From Squalus acanthias (Eukaryota): a stretch of 64,000 nucleotides of DNA. Positions within the stretch are counted from its first letter, which is position 1. The number at the start of each line of letters is the position of its first letter. Below, piece after piece: positions 1 through 11,774 of the stretch. A model generated the notes under the pieces. The model had not been told where the DNA came from and searched no databases. It saw only the letters and a program-made list of their open reading frames with translations. The stretch is taken from the NCBI GenBank assembly GCA_030390025.1, contig CM059432.1, positions 81,780,001 to 81,844,000 on the forward strand. Direction: 5' to 3'. The translations under genes were made by a program, and so were the position numbers.

Positions 1-96
1 GAGATGGTTACTAAAGAGGATTCACTGAGAAGATTGTTGAATCTGCTATTCTCCCTTTTATAAGCAGTATTAAAAATAGGCAGTTGCTTTGAGTTA

Positions 97-447
97 AGAA
101 CATAAGAAATAGGAGCAGGAGTAGGGCATACTGCCCCTCGAGCCTGCTCCGCCATTCAATAAGCTCATCTTCAACTTCAACTCCACTTTCCCGCCCAATC
201 TCCATACCCCTTGATTCCCCTAGAGTCCAAAAATCTTTGAATATACTCAATGACTCAGCATCCACAGCTCTCTGGGGTAAAAAATTCCAAAGATTCACAA
301 CCCTCTGAGTGAAGAAATTCCTCCTCATCTCAGTCTTAAATGGCCGACCCCTTATCCTGAGACTATGCCCCCTAGATCTAGTCTCTCCAGCCAGGGGAAA
401 CAACCTCTCAGCATCTACCCTGTCAATTCCCCTCAAAATCTTAAATG
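97..447 (-). mobile_element. CR1 LINE 3' fragment (ORF2 C-terminus, 3'UTR and tail)
   Basis: ORF 11..436 reads RGHSLRIRGRPFKTEMRRNFFTQRVVNLWN, typical of the CR1 ORF2 C-terminus; tail rc of aagaacataagaaataggagcaggag. Confidence 0.9.
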
Positions 448-568
448 TTTCAATGAGTTGCCTTTGCTATAACCAAACAAACTAATCTTATGGCTGAAAA
501 TATATACAAATGAGAATTTCTTAAATGTTCTCCACCAGAGCAGAAAATCAAATCATATGCTGAAGTTG

Positions 569-1038
569 AAAAAGAAAGATTTGCATTTATATAGTGCCTT
601 TCACGACCTCCGGGCATCCCAAAGCGCTTCACAGCCAATGAAGTACTTTTGGAGTGTAGTCACTGTTGTAATGTAGGAAATGCAGCAGCTAATTTGTGCT
701 CAGCAAGCTCCAACAAACAGTAATGTGATCATGACCAGATATCTAATTTTTTTGTGATGTTGATTGAGGGATAAATATTGGCCAGGACACCGGGGATAAC
801 TCCCCTGCTCTTCTTCGAAATAGTGCCTTGGGATCTTTTACATCCACCTGAGAGAGCAGACAGGGCCTCGGTTTAACGTCTCATCCGAAAGATGGCACCT
901 CCAACAGTGCAGCACTCCCTCAGCACTGTCCTGGAGTGTCAGCCTAGATTTTTGTGCTCAAGTCTCTGGAGTGGGACTTGAACCTACAACCTTCTGACTC
1001 AGAGGAGAGAGTGCTATCAACTGAGCCACAGCTGACAC
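569..1038 (-). mobile_element. tRNA-derived DeuSINE (SacSINE1/AmnSINE1-like), full length
   Basis: On -, tRNA-like head (tggctcagttgatagc...ggttcaagtccc), then Deu-like core (gaggtgccatctttcggatgagacgttaaaccgagg) and L2-type tail (ctatataaatgcaa); near-identical copies at 26383 and 42915. Confidence 0.88.
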
Positions 1039-1041
1039 TAA

Positions 1042-2599
1042 GGCCACGATTTTGCTGGCACTCAGATGGCGGGTTTGGAGGCGGGTCAGAGGTTAAAGTC
1101 ATTTTGATTGACGACGGGTTCCGCACTCGCCTCCACACAACCTTCCCAAGTGTCGGGTCCCCGATTTGCGAATGGACCCGACACCTAGCGGCGGGAAACG
1201 GATTAAAGGCAATTAACTGCCTGTTAACAGGTACTTGTGAGCAGTTTTCAGGGTCTTTTTCGATTTTCCAGCTTCTGGGTCGGGTTTTACGATGTCCAGA
1301 CAACACGCCAGTTAAGTGTGGCGTGTTGTGAGTCTGGTCTGATGTTTGTGAAAAGATGACAGCTGCAGAAGTGGTGTCAAGGATGCCATGTTGCACATGG
1401 TGAGTTTCAGAGCAAAGAAAATATTGGTTACTGCATTTTTAATACATATACAGATTTCTTTAGCTTACAAGTTTTTAAATCCAACTGTATGTCCAGTGCC
1501 ACCTCATTGGAAGAACTTCTCTCACCAGTGACAGATTGCTTCTGTCATCTCACCTGCAGCTGCCATCTATTCCAGCAACATCGGAGTCAATGAAACAATC
1601 AGACCTTGGTCCTCCGAATCCTTCCACAATCATCCCCAACACCAACAATCACCAACCTCATCACCAACCTTCTCCGCCATCACCTGATGCTGCACTGGAC
1701 ACAGGGCATCAGCCCCTGACAACATTGCTGCCCGGGAGGCCAGCGATGGCATCACCATGGCCAGATTTTCTTCACTTGATGCTGTAAACCCTGGCTGCCA
1801 CATGATGCGCCAGGTTGCCAGCATCCCACACCAGCACCGTGAAGCATCCCTTTAATGTCCAAGCCATTCCATGCACACACATCACTATAGCGGGGCGGGG
1901 GGCGTGGGAGTTATGACTGAACAATCACTGGAACTCAGTAAGACACTTCTCAATATGCGCTCAGATCTGTCCAATAAGGGGCACTTTTTGAAAAAGAGAT
2001 TTCACTGTATGAGAACACATTACCAGAAACTTCACATGGACATTGGCTAAACCTCTCAAGTGCCCACCCTTGTGTGTTGTTAGTTGGTATGCTTGCAGTA
2101 GAATGAGGGTGAGTGTGAGGGGTGGCTAGTGAGATGGGGAAGTGATAATGTAGATAGAGAGGGATGGGTGGAGGTGCAAGGTAAGTTGGTGTCCTGGGGA
2201 GGTCTCTACTGCCCTTGGAAGGGAAGAGAACCTCCCTGCGTACTGTGACACCCTCCATAAGCATATGGAGGGAGTCATTGGAGAGTCTGGGTGCAAGAGT
2301 TCACCTTTGTGCAGTGATTGTCAGTGTTTTCAGCACCTCAATGATGTCAAACACTGAAAAATCAACTGTCAAAATAAAATTGTGCATGGTCCCTTTAAGG
2401 AAACCGGCAGATGACACGTCATCAAATGACATCATCAGACTCGCTTCCTGTTAATTGGCTGGGAAGCCCGCAGGGCGTGTTTAACAAGATCAATCAAGGG
2501 AAAATCACGTCTGCAGAGCAGAGGCAGCTGGGGGCGGGACCAGAATCCGGAAACCAGCTGACCCGCACCCATCCCAACACCGATGAGAAAATCACGGCC
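1042..2599. mobile_element. Non-autonomous PIF/Harbinger element with Myb/SANT remnant
   Basis: TIR ggccacgatttt / aaaatcacggcc; TAA TSD at 1039-1041 and 2600-2602; minus-strand remnant MEGVTVRREVLFPSKG; related to 24584-26071, 28658-29489, 48816-50412. Confidence 0.85.
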
Positions 2600-3190
2600 T
2601 AAGTGTAGGTACAGTATTTTCAATTTGTTTCATATTGTGTCTACTTTTTAGCTTACAGTTCCAATTCAACAGACGCAATGGCCTCTATTATCTCTCACGA
2701 CTGACAGGAGAGCGTTGGGGGGGGTGGTGGTAAAGAGTTAAACATGGAAAATGCGTCCCCAACACACTATGCATATGCCCACTGCCTTTTTTACGGTGGC
2801 GGATATCTGGCGTCCAAGTGCCCCGTCATGGAAAGGCGGGTACTTCATTAACATATTTAAATTAGGCTCCCACAGTGTAATTAGGAACCCGATTTAAAAT
2901 TTGCTACGGCACAAGTTTCCCGAGCCGGCAGGGAAAGGGAGGCAGGAGCTGCCGGCCCCACAAGGTAAGTGCCTTTTCCAGTAGTGCTCCCTTTGGTCAT
3001 TCAAGGAAGCCTTCAGCCTCCCCTCACCAATCGCGGCCTCTCTCATCGTCCCTGCCACGATCGCCAACCGCCTCCCCGCCACCCCACCAGCCCCCATGGT
3101 GCCTCTCTTCCAGCCCCCGTGGCCTCTCTTTCTCTCTTTCTCCACACCACCACCAACCCCGCCCCCACGGCCTCTCTTCCACCACCCCCT

Positions 3191-3310
3191 CATCCCAGCC
3201 CCCACGGCCTCTCTCTCCCCCATCCCAGCCCCCACGGCCTCTCTCTCCCCCATCCCAGCCCCCACGGCCTCTCTCTCCCCCATCCCAGCCCCCACGGCCT
3301 CTGTCTCCCC
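3191..3310. repeat. 30-bp minisatellite, 4 near-perfect copies plus degenerate flanks
   Basis: Unit catcccagcccccacggcctctctctcccc read directly. Confidence 0.9.
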
Positions 3311-4078
3311 CATGCCACGATCGCCAACCTTCTCCCCCCTCCTGATTGCCGGGTACCATCCTCAAGGCAAGAGTTTTGCATGTTAAGTAGGCAGTAATGC
3401 CAACCCCACCATTTCATAAATCATGAGACAAACTCTTTGCTAAGAAATAATGAGTTGCTATTTTTTGGTTTATAATCCTTATTAGTGGCTTTATTTAGTC
3501 TCCAACAGGTCACAGCTCTTTACAAAAACTATATTACTGCATCTGAAAATGCTTTACAAAAAACTTTTTAAAAATCCTACCATTATCACCACCCTTCACC
3601 TGGTGCCCAACACAACCCCCACGCAATGCAGTCCCTGCAGCTGCCAACCAAAGGTAAGTTTTGGGGGGAAAAATCAAAAACACCTTCCCATGGAGACAGG
3701 AGTGGCGATCACCCCCAGTGAACATTGATGTGATCGGTGCTGTGAAAACTTTTATCTTCCCTTCAGCTGAAAGGTAACCCTACAGGTTCAGCAACATGCC
3801 TGGTGAACACTTCACCGCACGACACCTCCCTGCTCTTCCTGAAGTGGGATCAGACTCGGTGGCTCCTGTTGGGAACACTGGCACCATTTCAGGTGTAACC
3901 CTCCACTGCCCGCCTTCTCACTGCACAGCTGCTGAGTGTTTCAGGGTTTTTTCTTTCCCCTCTGCTATTTCCCAGCTGGTCTGCATAGACCCCAGTTTGA
4001 GAACCACTGGATTATTTTTCCATTATCCAAATACATGGGAGAGCTGCTGTATATCCAACTAGCAAATTAAAACAACAA

Positions 4079-4838
4079 GGGGGAAAAATTCAGTATCGCC
4101 CCGTTTGGGGCGCAATTATCGGCCGGGCGCAAAGATTGGCGCCTGGCGCTAATTATCACCACCGACTGCAAACTTGACTTTTATCGCCCCTGGAGCTGAT
4201 TGGAGCGCTAAATCAGGCGCTACACATCTGTCTTAAGGCACAAAGACCGAGGAGCGAGGCGCTAACTCAGAGCGCTGGCGAAGCTCATGTGATGTCAGTC
4301 AGCAATGGAACACAGACACAATGGCGCTGGCCAGTTCTTAAAGGGGAGGGTTGATCTTGCTCTATATCCACACCCTGCTCATTGCAGCCTTGAATCTCGG
4401 CCTGGAGAGACCTGCACATCAAATCTGCTGGAAAGAACAATGGAGAGAACCAGGTAAAGAGCTCAGAGTGCAACCCCCACACTCTCTTCTAAATCGATAC
4501 AAGGAAGGGCAAATCAAAATGAACCTGCAAAGTGCTGCTCAGTACCCAAAACTCCATCACACAGCGTTGAATCTCTCCAGAAGTCCCGCTCTCTCTCTCT
4601 CAGAATACGTGGTTCAAAAATGTCACCAACAAAAAAAGGCAGGAAGCGGTCGCCTTTAAATAGCGCTCCCCCAGTCCCTTCCTGACTGCAAAACGCTCCC
4701 CTCAACCTGTCGTTGCTAGCGGCAGGCGGTAAGGCAGGGGGCGCCACTCAATATCCACACCGGGGCGCTACCGGGGCGTTGCGCACTCGACTGACGTCAC
4801 GATCTGCCGGCGCAGGAGACCGTGGCGGTAGTGTTTAG
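4079..4838. mobile_element. Truncated Harbinger-type MITE (inverted copy of 38276-39166)
   Basis: Begins with TIR-like gggggaaaaattcagt; matches the reverse complement of about 38410-39166 and gives the same shadow ORFs; second TIR missing. Confidence 0.85.
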
Positions 4839-4859
4839 AGACAGTGAGATACAGAGAAA

Positions 4860-5335
4860 AGACTCTATCTCTTGGCCTTAGTGTCTACTCCTCTCTCTAC
4901 CTGCCCGGTCTCTCTCTCTTCCTCCCCCAATCTCTCCCAACCTCCTCTTCCCCCGGCCGTGTCAATCTCTTCCTTTTGTGACTCCATCACTCTTTCTCCC
5001 CCCTCCACTGCTCTCGATCTCTTCCCACCCCCTCCCCTGCGTCTCATCCTCTCTCTCTCTGTCTGTGTGTACTCCCATCTCTCCCATTCCTCTCTCTGTA
5101 CCTCCATCTCTCTGCCCCATCACTCTTCCACATCTCACTCTCTGTACTCCCATCTCTCCCTTTCCTCTCTACCTGTCTCTCTCTCTCTCCATTGCTTTCT
5201 CCATCTCTCTGTGCCTCCATCTCTATTTCTAAGTCACTCTTCCCTAATCACTCTCTCTCTCTACCTCCATCTTTCTCCCATTCCTCTCTCTCTACCCCAT
5301 CTTCACTCTCCAACATCTCTCCTCCGCCCCCACCC
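4860..5335. repeat. CT-rich low-complexity tract
   Basis: Strong pyrimidine skew with (CT)n runs. Confidence 0.8.
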
Positions 5336-5344
5336 AAGTCTCAC

Positions 5345-5434
5345 CCTCACCAGATCGCACTCGCTGACTCTGCCGAATTGCTCGAACAACGGCTGCACCT
5401 CTGTGGGCAGCTTCCCCATGAAGAGCTTCACCAT
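5345..5434 (-). pseudogene. RBM4: RBM4/LARK-like first coding exon fragment (start of RRM1), probably non-functional
   Basis: Manual translation MVKLFMGKLPTEVQPLFEQFGRVSECDLVR versus RBM4 N-terminus [35 protein letters not shown] (recalled); about 5 codons missing; followed by donor-like GTGAGA. Confidence 0.65.
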
Positions 5435-5494
5435 CCTCGCCATGCACAGTACCGTCACAACGCAGCTCGGCCCGGGGCAGGAAGAAGCACAGAT

Positions 5495-5670
5495 TCACAA
5501 AATGGGTGCCACACCGCCTTTCTTGCTCTTCCATTGGCTGCTTCCTGTCACTGTTTTGGGATTGGTTCCCTCTGTCAATTAACAGCCAGACCTGTGAACA
5601 GCTGTCAATCAAAATGTTTTATAGCTGATTGGCCTGACCAAATCCACGTGTCCCAAAAGCAGCCAATCAC
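5495..5670 (-). promoter_or_regulatory. CCAAT-rich promoter-like region upstream of the RBM4-like exon
   Basis: CCAAT/ATTGG at 5533, 5561, 5628, 5663; E-box CACGTG at 5645-5650; partial YY1-like CAAAATGG at 5498-5505. Confidence 0.4.
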
Positions 5671-6565
5671 CAGAAGGCATAACGAAGATTAATAAAGTAG
5701 GAAAAAAATCATGACGTTTCATAGTTAAATCGCAAATTGAAGTAAATTTTCATTAAACATTGCGTGTCTTGCAATTAATTTGTGAGAGTTGGTATTACTG
5801 AGTAGGCCCCCGCCTGCTTTTAGCGGGAGCCTTGTTCAGATCCTGAATTGCTGTTGTAAATATTACAGTGACCGGGAATGGGGTCGGGTTGGGTTGCTTG
5901 ATCCTGATATTTTAAGCCCCAATCCTGCCTGTCCAGGGGGGCGGGCGTGTTAAAATCGAGGTCAAATATTCCACAAATTTCAACATAAAATACATCACTG
6001 ATAAAATCTTGACTTACTGGGTCTCGGAAGCATATTCTATGAGATGTTTTTCAAAATATCCATTGGAAAAGTTTTCAGTAACACTTCTGGTATTTTTCAG
6101 CCTTTTTTTTAACTATTGCATTCATTTTTAAAGAAATATATACTTCTCCCTTCCTTTAGGACCTTTGTTGCATTTTCCAGTTAGAGAACAGCCATGCATG
6201 TTGCCTGCTCCCAGAACTCTGGCAATACTGCTCTTGAGTTAGAAACTAGGAAGAACCTAACTTCAGCTTTACTGCTGCACCTTGCTCTGCTGACAGGACC
6301 AGGGCTCTAAACTCCCAATCGACTCTTAACCCAAATATTCCTGCATGTTCCTTTGCAGCTATAAACATCTTCCCATGTACTGGCAAGAACAGAATACAAC
6401 CTAAAAATATATATATATCAAAACATTGCACAATTGTGGTGGCAGTTTGTTAAATGATAAATAAGCCTGTTTCATAGCTGTCATGACGAAGGATCCCATG
6501 GCGAAGGATCACTGAAAAGACTACACGATAACATAAACAAGTTCCATCCCACCATCAAACTCACC

Positions 6566-7552
6566 ATGGACTACTCCTCAGAATCGGTTTCATTCCTGGA
6601 CACACGAATCTCCATCAAAGACGGACACCTCAGCACTTCACTCTACCGCAAGCCCACGGACAACCTCACGATGCTCCACTTCTCCAGCTTCCACCCTAAC
6701 CACGTTAAAGAAGCCATCCCCTATGGACAAGCCCTGCGAATACACAGGATCTGCTCAGACGAGGAGGAACGCGATGGACACCTACGGACGCTGAAAAACG
6801 CCCTCGTAAGAACGGGATATGACGCTCGACTCATCGATCGACAGTTCCGACGGGCCACAGCGAAAAATCGCATAGACCTCCTCAGAAGGCAAACACGGGA
6901 CACAACCAACAGGGTACCCTACGTCGTCCAGTACTTCCCCGGAGCGGAGAAACTACGCCATGTTCTTCGCAGCCTTCAACATGTCATCGATGACGACGTA
7001 CACCTCGCTAAGGCCATCCCCACGCCTCCACTACTTGCCTTCAAACAGCCGCCTAACCTCAGAAGTACCATCGTTCGCAGCAAATTACCCAGCTTTCAGG
7101 ATAACAGCGACCACGACACCACACAACCCTGCCACGGCAACCTCTGCAAGACATGCCAGATCATCAACACAGATACCATCATCACACGTGAGGACACTAC
7201 CCACCAGGTACATGGTACATACTCATGTGACTCGGCCAACGTTGTCTACCTCATACGTTGCAGGAAAGAATGCACCGCGGCATGGTACATCGGCGAGACC
7301 ATGCAGACACTGAGACAACGTATGAACGGACACCGCGCAACAATCACCAGGCAGGAGTGTTCCCTCCCAGTCGGGGAACACTTCAGCAGTCAAGGACATT
7401 CAGCCTCGGATCTGCGGGTAAGCGTTCTCCAAGGCGGCATTAGTAACACACGACAACGCAAAATCATCGAGCAGAAACTGATAGCCAAGTTCCGCACTCA
7501 TGAGGACGGTCTCAACCGGGATCTTGGGTTTATGTCACGATACATGACGTGA
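6566..7552 (+). CDS. Penelope-like element protein, C-terminal part (RT end/thumb plus GIY-YIG endonuclease)
   Basis: VSFLD and LYRKPTD RT/thumb motifs; Cys motif PCHGNLCKTC; NVVYLIRC...WYIGET...RMNGHR...EQKLI...GLN nuclease; frame also open upstream to the truncation point. Confidence 0.88.
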   Translation: MDYSSESVSFLDTRISIKDGHLSTSLYRKPTDNLTMLHFSSFHPNHVKEAIPYGQALRIHRICSDEEERDGHLRTLKNALVRTGYDARLIDRQFRRATAKNRIDLLRRQTRDTTNRVPYVVQYFPGAEKLRHVLRSLQHVIDDDVHLAKAIPTPPLLAFKQPPNLRSTIVRSKLPSFQDNSDHDTTQPCHGNLCKTCQIINTDTIITREDTTHQVHGTYSCDSANVVYLIRCRKECTAAWYIGETMQTLRQRMNGHRATITRQECSLPVGEHFSSQGHSASDLRVSVLQGGISNTRQRKIIEQKLIAKFRTHEDGLNRDLGFMSRYMT

Positions 7553-7849
7553 TCCGGACTCGAGTCGTCGTTGGCTTGTTCACAGATGTGATTCCCAGTA
7601 AAAAAGTTAAAATTTTAAAGTTTATCGTTTTACATACAGACTGCAGCTTTTGACACGTTAGACCCCCTGTGACTCCACCTCATTGTCTCAGTTGTATCTT
7701 GCTATGTCTTTGATGTGACCTGATTGCCTTTTGTCACACCTCGGCAGATAAACAGTCAGGGTGATTTAAATGTAGTCGTCTGCTTTTGTAAGTAACACAT
7801 GCATTGTTCTCTATCTATATATGCTTTGGCGATTCTGTATCTCTTTACT

Positions 7850-7891
7850 TCACCTGAGGAAGGGGCGATCGATAGCTCCGAAAGCTTGTGA
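7850..7891 (+). ncRNA. Minimal type I hammerhead ribozyme motif
   Basis: tcac-CTGAGGA-a-ggggc/gctcc stem II-GAAA-gctt (palindromic stem III)-gtga; stem I tcac/gtga. Confidence 0.75.
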
Positions 7892-9879
7892 TTTCAAATA
7901 AAACTGTTGGACTATAACCTGGTGTTGTGCGACTTCTCAATTTTGTTTCATAGCTGGTTATTGCTCATAGTTCATTTATACTGATAAAGAACATCTGTTC
8001 CAGTCCAGTGCAGCTCATTTTTTGAGCTGGAATGCTCACATCAGCCAACGGAGAACTATTTCAGTGGGGAGGATGGGCAAGGTTATCTTTGTGTGGAGCA
8101 AATTGGAAGTAGTGCTTTCTTTTGCACACCGGAATCCCTGTGGTATCTGGAGCCCTCGGTATGGCTGAGGATGTGAGTTCACTAGGTGGGGGAGATCACT
8201 CATAAGCCTGCATGTTACTGCTAGCGGGTGCGGTGGACTAAAAGCGTCCAAGATTGCACAGCCTCACAGCACATTCCTAAGAATATTTGTAATGTACAGA
8301 AAAATAGTGGAGAAAAAGATAAGAACTTTAGCCTGAAGCTAAAAGCTTACATCATGCTTACCTTATACAATAGAATGTGTTTTCACCTTGTCATTCTGCA
8401 CTTATGAAAATACATTGGCCTAAAGGCAGCATGAAAACTGTTATCAGATTATTCTAATTTTATTTTTATGTCTGTAGCATGAGCTTGTCTGTAATATAAA
8501 TGTCTGTTGAACTTAAAGCTTGGTTCTGAATGTTGCTGTGATAAATAGGCAGCCTTTAATCACTAAACCTGAGCACAATGTGCACTGTGTTTTTCTAAAG
8601 AAAAATGCTTAAGACATTCAACAATACATCTTTATTTGGTACTGTGCACAGTCGTTACCTTCCAGCATTTAGTGTAATCATGAGTCATTAGCTGTAATGA
8701 AGAAAAGCATCTGAAATTTGAGAATAAGCTAGTAATTGTTCACTCTACAAGACTACGACATTCGAACAGTATCACAACCATTAGAAAAGCTCCTCAATTG
8801 ACTCCAAGTCACTTCAAAGGTCAGCAGTGAGGGACATTGCGTGTTTTTCAAGCTGGTAAGATAGAAAGCATTATTAACTATTTTGGAAAAGGATGTGGGA
8901 ACATATACAAGTTTCCATCTTATCACTGGCCTGAGCACAGTTCTTCCTGTTGATCGGCCATGTGGAAAATCTTCAGTCTTCAGACCACAGCCGTTACCAT
9001 CCTTGTAATTCCTACTTTTTCAGGTTATTTTGAATGTGTGTTAAGCTTTAAAGTTTCAGGAGTGCAAACAGACGCGTTTCTCATTTTATTAGAAAACAAA
9101 GCTAAGCTAATTCAAATGAAATATTTGATAGTAAGCCAGATGATTATCTTTTAAACAATGTGTGCTCGAAGTATTTATCCACCATGTATAGATATTCAGC
9201 ATCAATGAAGATCTTACAAAAGATTAAAGTAGCTGGAGTTTCATCAATATTTTCACATGACACATGGCATTTGACACTTTTTACTGTTTTCCTTAGGTAA
9301 TTATTGAATGTGAGAGGAAATTTGAATGATCCGAACAAAAGCTTAAAAAGTAAGTTCTTTTTTGGAAACCTTACTTCTAGTTTTTCAATCCATTATTATT
9401 CTGTAGTATCCTTTGCTTCTAATCAGTTTCAAAGTACAAGCAATCGCTGACTTATTTTTAAAAAACCTCAATGGCTTCCGATAAAATATTCTTGTAACCA
9501 GTTGTCTGCAAGTGAGGCTCCATCCCTCCCTGTTACATTTACTGTGAGTTCAGAATAATAGATAAAAAGTTACTGTTGTAGCTGCTGCGTATGGCCCAAG
9601 ATGCACAAGGCGCCACTCTATGACTGAAGAAATAAGTTATGATTATTTTCCAATCAGAGAGAAAAGAGTTGCCAAGGGATAAAATGCAATCAGTCGACTG
9701 CCATGCTTTCTGTAATAGTTTTTTTAAATGAATTTGCAATGGAATTTGTTTCATTTAACAGGAAATTTTTGCCACCCCCACCAGTTTTTCTCCCCTCCTC
9801 TCCTGAAGGTACTGACTGATGCTGGGGTGCAATTCCACCCAAGTACCTCACCCCAAGAGATCATTCTTCAAGTCAGGGC

Positions 9880-10150
9880 CTTGATACTGGATGCTGGCAA
9901 GTATTAAGCCACGGGGTTAAGGGAGGTGGATCACAACAGAGTCTGATCCTCTCCTCGACCAGCATGCACATCTTCCAGAGGAGGGTCACTGGATAGTGAT
10001 CAGGGGTAGGAACACTATCTGATTTTTCCTCTACCCCATGGCACTGAGGCCAATTACACTGCCCCGACCAGCTGAGATCAGTGAACTCAATACAGTCAGG
10101 AAATCTAATGTGGTGTGTATGCATGTGAAGGAGTGCATTTACCCACTGAG
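9880..10150 (-). mobile_element. Old dispersed repeat, probably a SINE
   Basis: Shares tagctgatctcag...caattggcctcag...tccagtgacc motifs with degenerate copies at about 17490-17660 and 19400-19600. Confidence 0.5.
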
Positions 10151-10962
10151 TCACTTGGGAATGCTTATTCCACAGAAGTTTCAGAAAAACATTTTTAAAA
10201 CTTCACAGCTTAGTGCTGTTCAACAAGAAATCACGTATCAACAGCTGTGATAAAGCTGGGGTAAGGAGGAAGGGGCACTGTGGGCCAACCATGTTCTGGA
10301 GACACTGGCAACACATGCACCTGAATGAGCTGACTTCATGTCGTAATACGAGCTCAACTCACAAATATAATTTGATAGCTTTGCAACAAATGGTGTAGGA
10401 TGCACTAGATTACCACGGGGTCAGGGGCCGGAATGCTGGACACCAGCAGCTGTGGAAAGGCTGCTGGCTGGTGAAGGCCATTACAAAAAAAACAGGGAGA
10501 AGAAAATGAGATTGCATATAAAGGAGACAGTGACCCAGGATCAGCATGTTTTTACATCCACACTGACCTCGCCCGGTTACTGGAGCGTTGCTGAGGTGAT
10601 CCGTTCACATTATTGGGAGGCCCCTCATTTGCATAATGTTTGGGGTCTTTTTGAGTCTTGCGCACAGTTTGAACACCAGCTACACTCTGTTTGGTTGCAC
10701 TTTGGCACACCGCACCACGAGATGTTGCATTATTGACCCCTATATCATTAGGCTGTATCGTTTTAACTGTTATAATTAATGTTTAACACCATTTCAGGCA
10801 TGTAGTGGCACTGTGACTATCTTTCCTCAATGTAGCATTGAAGAGAACTCAGTTCAGATAAGTTTGCAGGCCAGAGAACCTCCCCCACTCAGCATGGTAT
10901 ATATGTCATTATTTTTTAAGGATTGTGACCCTGTGGTACTTTCGCTATTCAGCATACATTTA

Positions 10963-11270
10963 TGGGATTAGAAAATCATGCATGCCCATTTTTGAGCATG
11001 CGGGGGGGGCGGGGGTGGTGGGGGCAGAGGGCAGAGGGTGAGACCCAAGGCGCACCCAATATTGGGCCTCGGTTCTTATTATCATCAAGCCGGCGAGCTG
11101 CGGACACTAACAAGCAGCTCGCCAGCGAAGCGGAATGGAAGATCGGAGGCTGAGGAAAGTGGTTAAAGGGGGGCTACCAGGAAGAGGGACGACCAGGAAG
11201 GGGTTGATCGGGTCGGGAGGTAGCGATTGCTGGGGAGTGAGGTGGGAGGGGGTAGCGGCGGCCTTATAAC
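10963..11270. mobile_element. Partial MITE related to 54819-55485
   Basis: Shared segment cacccaatattgggcctcgg...gccggcgagctgcggacac. Confidence 0.55.
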
Positions 11271-11357
11271 TTATAAAGGAAAGTTATTTTGTTATCAACT
11301 TTATATGTTTAGTATAAGTTCTAAGTATCTCAGATAAGTAAAGTAAAAATGACCACC

Positions 11358-11505
11358 AGAAATTTCCTCGGAGGTTCTCCTGATTGGCTGCTGTAACTTT
11401 GGCGGTAAATCAGTGGAAATCCCGTTTACATGTCTATCTAGGGTTTCCGCTGATCTTCTGCTGAAGTTACAATGGCCAATCGGAAGATTCCCCGAGGAAA
11501 TTCTG
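11358..11505. mobile_element. Short palindromic (fold-back) MITE
   Basis: Left arm agaaatttcctcggagg...tggaaatccc pairs with right arm gggtttccgctg...ccgaggaaattct over about 65 bp. Confidence 0.7.
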
Positions 11506-11774
11506 TCAGTACAATTTGTGGGAGAACGTCCGCGTAGTTCTTCCGATCTCCCACCGTAATTGTGCTTCACCAGAATTTTGGTGGAGGCATGAGTCTTATT
11601 GTACTTTCTTTCGGTCTCAGTGAGGAGTTCCTCATTGGTGTTAATATCCAGGGTTCCAGGGGATCGCCCTGGTCCCCATCAGCTATCCGTCCAGTTCCTT
11701 CAAATTGGGTTTCGCAAGATGTTGGTATCACGGCTACTGCCAGGGTATCATACATTATTCTGATCCAATGGTCC

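Larger units (their letters stand above)
6481..7943 (+). mobile_element. 5'-truncated Penelope-like retroelement
   Basis: 13-bp TSD tgtttcatagctg at 6468-6480 and 7944-7956; GIY-YIG ORF; 3' region with hammerhead motif and AATAAA. Confidence 0.92.

Noticed and set aside
3191..3310. CRISPR-like array
   Set aside because: Head-to-tail repeats with no unique spacers, in a vertebrate-type context with no cas genes
4351..4659. ORF apparently conserved with 38562..38894
   Set aside because: Similarity comes from two copies of one MITE; the frames diverge at a microsatellite
4872..5582. 236 aa Ser/Leu/Pro-rich ORF
   Set aside because: Produced by the CT-rich tract; the meaningful coding signal is on the opposite strand
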